Part shown: positions 58,416-64,000 of the stretch, piece by piece
Position numbering within the stretch: position 1 is the first letter of the stretch
How the letters are laid out: each line of letters starts with the position of its first letter
Virus record (IMG/VR): IMGVR_UViG_3300027970_000021
Coordinates: 1-64,000 of that record
Strand: one strand, 5' to 3'
Length of the DNA: 64,000 bases
Origin: an uncultured virus (IMG/VR IMGVR_UViG_3300027970_000021)
Taxonomy: Duplodnaviria; Heunggongvirae; Uroviricota; Caudoviricetes
Position numbers and translations under genes: made by a program
Notes under the pieces: generated by a model
What the model saw: the letters and a program-made list of their open reading frames with translations, nothing else
Told to the model about the DNA's origin: nothing
Database searches by the model: none

Positions 58416-60002
58416 GACAAATGTAGGAGTGTAGCTCTGCCAATCCGTAACAGGCGTTCCCTGCGTAATAATTTGAGGCCCGACAACAACATCATCAAAT
58501 GCTAGTGTGTATGCACTAGTGGACACGCTGCTAACATGAAGAATTAAGCGATAGCTGGTGCTGTTTGAGGCAGTTTGGAAGGTTCCACGCCATTTACTGC
58601 CACCAATGAAATTTTCAATAGAACTTGGTGCTGGCTGAATGAGTGTTGCATTTGTAATATCATAAATCCAAACAGTCATGTCGCTTGTAGCAAAGGTTCC
58701 GGAGACAACTTCGTAATCAAACGAAATGCTTTGTACTTGTGCTTTGTCAATGGAGGCGATTGTGAAGTCATAAGAGACGCCTTGTCCTTGACGGTTCGCG
58801 GCATCCTTTACAAAATTAAAATCATAAGCTCCGCGAAGAGGCGTTGTGCTCGAAACGTCCCATGTTACGGTAGCAATGCCTCCAGTCCCATCAACGGGAG
58901 CTGTTCCTGGAGCGTTAGTATATGTGGTCCAGCCGGTAGTAAGGCCAGACTCAGCATCGCCTTCTAGAACATAATTAACTACTTGCGTCTTATCTAAACG
59001 ATAAGGAGCAGCACTAGAAGCGTCGTTCTTAAAATAAGGGTGTCCATCAGATCCGGGATAGAAGCTTCCATAACCAGAAGCAACAGTAGGACCAGTGGTA
59101 GGAGTTGAAAGTTCTACCATACGAGCGGCGTCTTCTAAACTAATAAGACCCGTTCCGTTAGCGTTAATGCTAATATTCCCATTAGTATCCGTGCTAGAAA
59201 TTTCATTACCATCAACGCGAATGTTATCGACATCTAGCTGCGTAATTCCTGACATGGCTCCGGCATCATTAAGAGCAACGGTACTACTTTGAATAAAGTT
59301 ACCAGTCGTTCCATCCCAACGAGCAACGCGGTCATCAACAACAACACCAGAAGCCGCAATGCCCCCAGAACCACCGACTACGCGCCATCGTGCGGTTGAA
59401 TCGTCATATTTAAGAATGACAACACCGCCGTTTTTAAGGGAAATAGTCGAACCGTTTCCAGTAATAATACGGTTGGCGGCAGAAGGATTTGAATCTTCGT
59501 TTGGAATACTAATATCACTGCCGCTAGCATTGATGACATAAAGAACTTTATCTCCGGAAGCTGCAACAATACCGCGCAACGACGTGACAGCGCCGGTAAG
59601 GCGAATCGAACCATAAGTAGCGTTTACAAGAGCGTCAACGTTGCCAGTAGAGGCGTCGTTTTGGTCAGTGACTACAATACCATTACCGTCTAATAGAAGA
59701 CCGGACGAGATTACCGTTCCAGAACCATTACGAGCAAGGATTTTATTAGCGTCACCAACTTCAGTTTTAAGTGAAGATAGTGCAAGATCTTGTACGGTGT
59801 TGCTGTCTCCGTCAATCGTTTTATTTGTAAGCGTGGCTGCGTGGGCTTCCGTTACAACCGGACTAGAAGATGTTCCATTATGATAATTAAGCTTTCCATC
59901 TCCGCTAGTGACATCCAAATCACCCTGGTCGTCGGCTGTGGAGGCGGATTCTGGACGAAGGTTTAAACCCTTCCAAATTTTAGTGAAAACATTGGCAGAC
60001 AT
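57153..60002 (-). CDS. tail fibre/adhesin with tandem C1q-like domains (chimeric at repeat)
   Basis: 949 aa; TLTNKTID fibre motif; C-terminal ~420 aa nearly identical to 18891-20831 product. Confidence 0.8.
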   Translation of the reverse strand: MSANVFTKIWKGLNLRPESASTADDQGDLDVTSGDGKLNYHNGTSSSPVVTEAHAATLTNKTIDGDSNTVQDLALSSLKTEVGDANKILARNGSGTVISSGLLLDGNGIVVTDQNDASTGNVDALVNATYGSIRLTGAVTSLRGIVAASGDKVLYVINASGSDISIPNEDSNPSAANRIITGNGSTISLKNGGVVILKYDDSTARWRVVGGSGGIAASGVVVDDRVARWDGTTGNFIQSSTVALNDAGAMSGITQLDVDNIRVDGNEISSTDTNGNISINANGTGLISLEDAARMVELSTPTTGPTVASGYGSFYPGSDGHPYFKNDASSAAPYRLDKTQVVNYVLEGDAESGLTTGWTTYTNAPGTAPVDGTGGIATVTWDVSSTTPLRGAYDFNFVKDAANRQGQGVSYDFTIASIDKAQVQSISFDYEVVSGTFATSDMTVWIYDITNATLIQPAPSSIENFIGGSKWRGTFQTASNSTSYRLILHVSSVSTSAYTLAFDDVVVGPQIITQGTPVTDWQSYTPTFVGLGTVSASIAKYRRVGDSLEVMFTVTSGTNSGSPVSISLPSGLSMDITRAVNNSVVGALTASKTPWSGNILVATGSPTTVAIISQQADNYFNGTLGTAWANNTVFGGSFLVPITGWSSQVQMSSETDTRVVAMTTGRAATQSIPDSTGTLVAFDAAISDTHGAWNTGTSLYTIPVPGWYRITTQVAFAASSTNGREVRLRVNGSNIRTLAYIFGPTASAGTFLNGATEYLFNAGDTVGIQVFQNSGGALNVGGGVADNYFSISRISGPSQIAASETVAMDATLGGANQTGVATNNSFVKVAFSSAVFDTTGSFSSGNSRFTAPVSGKYRVSAAVLLASANVLASDYGLYLYKNGASARLFGYRTSAATTINAFNGSTTLQLNAGDYVEIFLYGLGNNSASTLTISGVIANTYFNVERVGN

Positions 60003-60012
60003 TTATACCCCT

Positions 60013-60507
60013 TTAATCTTGTTGAAGGATAGCTTTTGCGCTAAAAGAAATAGTGCCTGTATGGTTGATAGTACCAACGGCAGTTGTAGTGAAAGAAACG
60101 GCTCCAGCATCGGAAACTGAAAATTCAATATTGGCTCCAGGGGCCGTGGCCATGCGTGTAACCGACCATTTAGAGCCTGATGAATTGTCTGGGTCGTAAA
60201 CGGCAGTAAACTCACCGGCCTCAGATAGGTGGGTAGTTGGTGAGTCCCCTTCACGATAAACAGCATAAGTAACAGTGAAGGCCCGAACTAATAGTACCGG
60301 GAATTGTAGAGCCGTAATAGGCTGGTCAGTTACAACGTTATAAGCGTCAATATTAAGTACCTGAGGAGGAACGTCATAGGGACCAACAATACCAGAAAGG
60401 GCCTGTTCGACTGCTTCGGCGAAAGCAATAATAGCCTCAGACCAATTTGGACTTTCCCCAGAATCCGGGAATGCGATAGGTGTACCTGAAATAGTAATAA
60501 TTGGCAT
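60013..60507 (-). CDS. small structural protein (outer phage)
   Basis: 164 aa; C-terminal domain resembles that of 16224-17774. Confidence 0.6.
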   Translation of the reverse strand: MPIITISGTPIAFPDSGESPNWSEAIIAFAEAVEQALSGIVGPYDVPPQVLNIDAYNVVTDQPITALQFPVLLVRAFTVTYAVYREGDSPTTHLSEAGEFTAVYDPDNSSGSKWSVTRMATAPGANIEFSVSDAGAVSFTTTAVGTINHTGTISFSAKAILQQD

Positions 60508-60546
60508 AACATTAGTTGTTAACCGCCAACTATAAAAGTATAGGGC

Positions 60547-61932
60547 CTATAACGTTTTTACATATTTAGCCTGACCGGCATCGTATATCTTATAAAGTCC
60601 TAACTCTTTAGCGTATTCTTTCTCGGAAAGCCCCCTGGCGTCCATATTAGCCTTACAATACAGTCTATTAAAGGTCTTTACCCCATCTGTCCATTTCCAC
60701 CCAAGAGTGGTCCCAGAGCGTTTAAATGCGTTCTTTTCTAAAGACTCTCCGGTGGCGTAGCGAAGGTCAACAAATGAGACGATTTCTCCACCAAAAGCCT
60801 CTAAAAACTTGCAGAGCTTAGAAAAGCCACCAATAATGGACGTATTAAGTTCATTTGAATAACGAACAATCTCAGAGCCCGTTTTTGTTTCTTTAAAAGT
60901 CATGACAGAAACGAGTTTATTATCATAGAAAAGACCGAGGGCTCTGGAAGCTGGACCTTTCCCCATCAAGTGAGTCCTTTCTAGGAATTCTGAGGCTTCT
61001 TTAAACTCGATTTCTTGAAGAGAGCATTTTCGAGCAAAGATTCTTGTATTCGATTTCTTGATATTACCAATCATGCTTTGAATAATAAGGGGGCGTTCTT
61101 TAATCTCGTCTTGTCGAAATTGTAGAAGCCGCAATCCAACATTTTCATAATCAATTCGTTTATTAATGTGATATTTATTATCTTTCTTGTATAAATCTGA
61201 ATGGTAAATTAATCCATCAACGTCAATATATGTATCCTCTGATAGTTTAAAGTCCGGCTTGTATTTCAGATCATCGCAAATCTTTTTATTAAAAGATGGA
61301 AGATTTTCTATGGTCTTTTGGAATTGCGTTTCTAGGATTGATTTGTACGATTTATGATTCTCAATCCAATCTTCTGTGGCTTCAATTCCATGCTCTTTTA
61401 AATAACGATAAATAAGACAAACTGGGACATCCTTTTCTTTCGAAATTTCGTGCGCATTTTTGCCCGAAAACACCGGCCTTGCATTAATTTTGCCCGGATT
61501 ATTAACTCCGTATTTCTTAAGAAGCCCGGCGCGTGCCTTTTCAGTCTGAACATGCTTCCAATCAGCCCCATAACGGGACACATTTGTCTTCTTCACTTTA
61601 TCACGAAGCTCAGGACTCTTTAAAGCGTTCTCAACACCATAACGCGACAGCATAGTGGAACGAAACTTCTCTTTGTATTCCGGAAGTTGGGAATTATTAA
61701 CTACTCCGTATTTAGAAAGCATCGTTTTGGTGCGGTTTTCGTTTTTCCTATCGGGATGCGTGCTTTGCGCCGCAATTTGAAGATATTTAAGGGAAGTTTC
61801 AAACTCACCGTACAAAATGTCAATGAATTTTTGTTTCTTAGTTTTTGGGGCTGAAAGATCTGTAGAAGAATGGACAATGACATTCTCGGGAAGCCAATCC
61901 CTAGGCTTTGATTTATCAATTTTATTTTTCAT
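60547..61932 (-). CDS. free-standing Hef-like / PD-(D/E)xK homing endonuclease
   Basis: Repeated (K/R)YGV.N units; KPDF...IDVDGLIYHS nuclease core; IFARKC...FL...HL.G; IYDAG. Confidence 0.7.
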   Translation of the reverse strand: MKNKIDKSKPRDWLPENVIVHSSTDLSAPKTKKQKFIDILYGEFETSLKYLQIAAQSTHPDRKNENRTKTMLSKYGVVNNSQLPEYKEKFRSTMLSRYGVENALKSPELRDKVKKTNVSRYGADWKHVQTEKARAGLLKKYGVNNPGKINARPVFSGKNAHEISKEKDVPVCLIYRYLKEHGIEATEDWIENHKSYKSILETQFQKTIENLPSFNKKICDDLKYKPDFKLSEDTYIDVDGLIYHSDLYKKDNKYHINKRIDYENVGLRLLQFRQDEIKERPLIIQSMIGNIKKSNTRIFARKCSLQEIEFKEASEFLERTHLMGKGPASRALGLFYDNKLVSVMTFKETKTGSEIVRYSNELNTSIIGGFSKLCKFLEAFGGEIVSFVDLRYATGESLEKNAFKRSGTTLGWKWTDGVKTFNRLYCKANMDARGLSEKEYAKELGLYKIYDAGQAKYVKTL

Positions 61933-61938
61933 AATGAA

Positions 61939-61968
61939 ATTATAACACAGAACACACTATTCTGTCAA
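61939..61968 (-). promoter_or_regulatory. consensus sigma70 promoter (likely leaderless transcript)
   Basis: TTGACA-18 nt-TATAAT with TG extension; ATG follows after 6 nt. Confidence 0.8.
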
Positions 61969-61983
61969 GCTCCATTTAAAGAC

Positions 61984-62018
61984 AAAAAGAAGGCCCGAGT
62001 ATTTCTACCCAGGCCTCC
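61984..62018 (-). terminator. intrinsic terminator after outer capsid gene
   Basis: GAGGCCTGGGTA-GAAA-TACTCGGGCCTTC-TTTTT. Confidence 0.85.
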
Positions 62019-62040
62019 AAATCTAAACAGCTACGGCTGC

Positions 62041-63090
62041 TTATACGGGGTTAACAATTGCGTAGATGAGCGTGCTCTTACCAGGAGCGGAGCAGAAGAG
62101 GGCCTGATCGCTCCAAAGGCGAAGCTCAAATCCGGCGCTCTCAGAGAGATGGCGGAAGAACTCGTCTTTTTGGCCGGGAAGAGTGAAGGTCATGTCAGAA
62201 CTACCGACACGGCTCCAGTCATCGAGGCTTAGGAGGTAAGAGTAGCCTTCTTTGACATAGATCGAGGGTTCGATTTCAATGTCACCATTCTGTGAATGGA
62301 AGAGGATGCTCTTGCTACCGTTCTCAACTTTAGCAGCGCTGTATGACGAATCATACTTACGGAGAGCCGCTTGGTCGGAAAGGAGTGAACTCCAGGTACG
62401 GGGGTTGACGTAGCAAATTACTTTGCTGTCAAGGCCCTTTTCTACTGCACGAGCAACGGCGTTGTTAAGCTTGGGGAAGCTAAGAGCGCCAGAGCTAGCA
62501 GAGTATTCGTTACCCTTGAAGAGGTTGTAGGTAGCGGTGTCGATGTTGAACAACGTACCAGTTGAGGTTAGGATCTTATGTACGCCAGGGAATTCGTTAC
62601 CGTAAGCGCCTTTGTGCCAGATTACGTCGGTGGCAACTACGCCAGCGGCACCAGCAGAGGTCTTAAGGGTAACTACGCGAGTGTCCATGTTGACGTTCTT
62701 AACAGAGAATTCTCCGCGAGAAACGGCACCAGAGGCATCACGAATTTCGATAGGCATGTTCTCAGCACCGGCCCAGATACCAGGAGCCCACTCGGCAGTG
62801 GTGATCGTGATATCAGCAGCAGAGACGCTAGCAACGGTGGCGTAACCAACTTGACCGTAGAACATTTCGATCTCTAGCTTTTTGGCTAGTGAACGGAGCA
62901 TGTTCGCTACAAGATACTTGGTGGCGTCCATGAAGGCTTGAGCCGTACCTTGTGAAGCACGCGAAGCGGCAGAATAACCAAGGACAGAACGCATGAGGAT
63001 AGGGTTCCCACGGATCTGAGCGTCCTTGATTACGCCAGCGACGGCGGGGTTAAGGTTGAACGCATCTTCGTCAGAAGCGGCGAAAGTAAC
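62041..63090 (-). CDS. major capsid protein of outer phage, last exon
   Basis: Capsid-like helix LVANMLRSLAKKLEIEMFYG; strong terminator downstream; joins in frame to exon 63593-63730. Confidence 0.75.
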   Translation of the reverse strand, partial: VTFAASDEDAFNLNPAVAGVIKDAQIRGNPILMRSVLGYSAASRASQGTAQAFMDATKYLVANMLRSLAKKLEIEMFYGQVGYATVASVSAADITITTAEWAPGIWAGAENMPIEIRDASGAVSRGEFSVKNVNMDTRVVTLKTSAGAAGVVATDVIWHKGAYGNEFPGVHKILTSTGTLFNIDTATYNLFKGNEYSASSGALSFPKLNNAVARAVEKGLDSKVICYVNPRTWSSLLSDQAALRKYDSSYSAAKVENGSKSILFHSQNGDIEIEPSIYVKEGYSYLLSLDDWSRVGSSDMTFTLPGQKDEFFRHLSESAGFELRLWSDQALFCSAPGKSTLIYAIVNPV

Positions 63091-63592
63091 CATTTTGTTA
63101 TCGTAAGGGCTCTTTATCCCCTACTTCTTATAGTTTCCTATAAGTTCAGACTATCTTTTCAGAAGCCATGAGCTTCTGTCGGTGACTCGTGGGAATATTC
63201 TATTCCGCTTTCGCGGGTTCAATTCCTAGTCGTTGCGCGTGTGAAGAACTTTTAAGTCCAACACTTCCGCTCTGATTGGCATATTCAGATAGATAGAAAA
63301 ACTTCCACCCTAAGCTACTTTTTCTCCTGCCTGTATTTTTACAGATTTCCTCAACAGTAAAGTTTTCTTTTCCATAGCTTCGGATAGCATTAGAAATATG
63401 ACGATTACGTTTTTCTACACAATGAGAATTAAAGCGACGAGAAACTGAGCCAGTTGTTTGACCAACATACTCTTTTCCGTTCACATTATTCTTAATTTTG
63501 TAGATTATTCCGTATCTCATATATCTATCCTATCACATCTAACTTAGCTTTCCAAGTTTTTTCACCAATTTATTAGCACGGCATTAAACTTT
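63091..63592 (-). ncRNA. group I intron (502 nt) in capsid gene
   Basis: P1 GCACGGU/GCCGUGC with U-G at splice site; AACGACUA and AAGAUAGUC P7 strands; terminal G; splicing restores the frame. Confidence 0.88.
63200..63520 (-). pseudogene. intron-encoded GIY-YIG endonuclease remnant
   Basis: GIIYKI...EYVGQT...R motif, then short and running into the intron core. Confidence 0.7.
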
Positions 63593-63730
63593 ACCGTGCT
63601 CCATCCCCAAAATAACTGGCTGATGGTACAAATTGCCAGGCATCTTGGATTTCTCCATGAATGCCACGCGATTTACTAGCTTTACGCCATCCGGAATAAG
63701 TTCTTTAAGCTTATTCGCATAAGTTTCTTT
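63593..63730 (-). CDS. capsid gene internal exon (46 codons)
   Basis: KETYANKLKELIPDGVKLVNRVAFMEKSKMPGNLYHQPVILGMEHG; exactly 138 nt, open, between two intron boundaries. Confidence 0.82.
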
Positions 63731-64000
63731 CGAACTGTTTGCTCCAATTACTTGGAGTGTCGGACTATATCATCTGGCTTATTGCCAGCCGCGCGCTGTA
63801 AAATTCTGAATTGATAAACTTGCTCAATATATCTAAATTTATGTTGCATACTTTTAAGTCCAAGAACCGTGTCTCGGATTGTATGCCATATCTTTAAGGA
63901 GTCTTTTTCCGTAAAGGCTAGGAATGGATAGGTTTTAGATGTCCTTTTATCATTCATAAACCTAACTTTGGGCTTTACTCCAAGCTGTGTTTCAAACCAT
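63731..64000 (-). ncRNA. second group I intron (3' part)
   Basis: GAUGAUAUAGUCCG S element, P9-like hairpin CUCCAA-GUAA-UUGGAG, terminal G at 63731. Confidence 0.78.
63748..63999 (-). CDS. intron-encoded LAGLIDADG-like endonuclease, C-terminal part
   Basis: Frame open to window edge: WFETQLGVKP...YPFLAF...SMQHKF; defining motif lies outside window. Confidence 0.55.
   Translation of the reverse strand, partial: WFETQLGVKPKVRFMNDKRTSKTYPFLAFTEKDSLKIWHTIRDTVLGLKSMQHKFRYIEQVYQFRILQRAAGNKPDDIVRHSK

Noticed and set aside
63091..63093. ATG start of a 350-aa capsid protein
   Set aside because: No SD upstream; its G is the intron terminal G and an in-frame upstream exon exists.
1..64000. Stop-codon recoding, tRNA or rRNA genes
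   Set aside because: Genes tile densely under the standard code; no tRNA or rRNA was recognised by eye (no scan was run).

Overview
The window looks entirely phage-derived and contains two apparently different tailed-phage genomes, one nested in the other. An AT-richer phage (1-~18.9 kb and ~58.4-64 kb) contributes a minus-strand virion module: a major capsid gene split by two group I introns with homing-endonuclease ORFs, free-standing endonucleases, tail fibres, adaptor/nozzle and ejection-type proteins. Inside its C1q-like tail-fibre gene sits a visibly GC-richer 38,262-bp unit. This unit is a seemingly complete BPP-1/T7-like podovirus gene set (TerS, TerL, portal, scaffold, capsid, tail tubes, ejection proteins, fibre, lysis cassette, primase-helicase, SNF2 helicase, exonuclease, DNA polymerase A, VRR-NUC) with no recognisable integrase. 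It is bounded by a ~1.26-kb imperfect direct repeat (18891-20153 / 57153-58415) with a 392-bp identical core. Excision through the repeat restores coherent gene order for both phages. This is either a real phage-in-phage cointegrate or an assembly chimera; either way the two phages share a recently exchanged adhesin module. A candidate ~80-nt antisense RNA complementary to a GGAGCGG motif in five ribosome-binding sites is also present. All family assignments are by motif recognition only; no searches were run.
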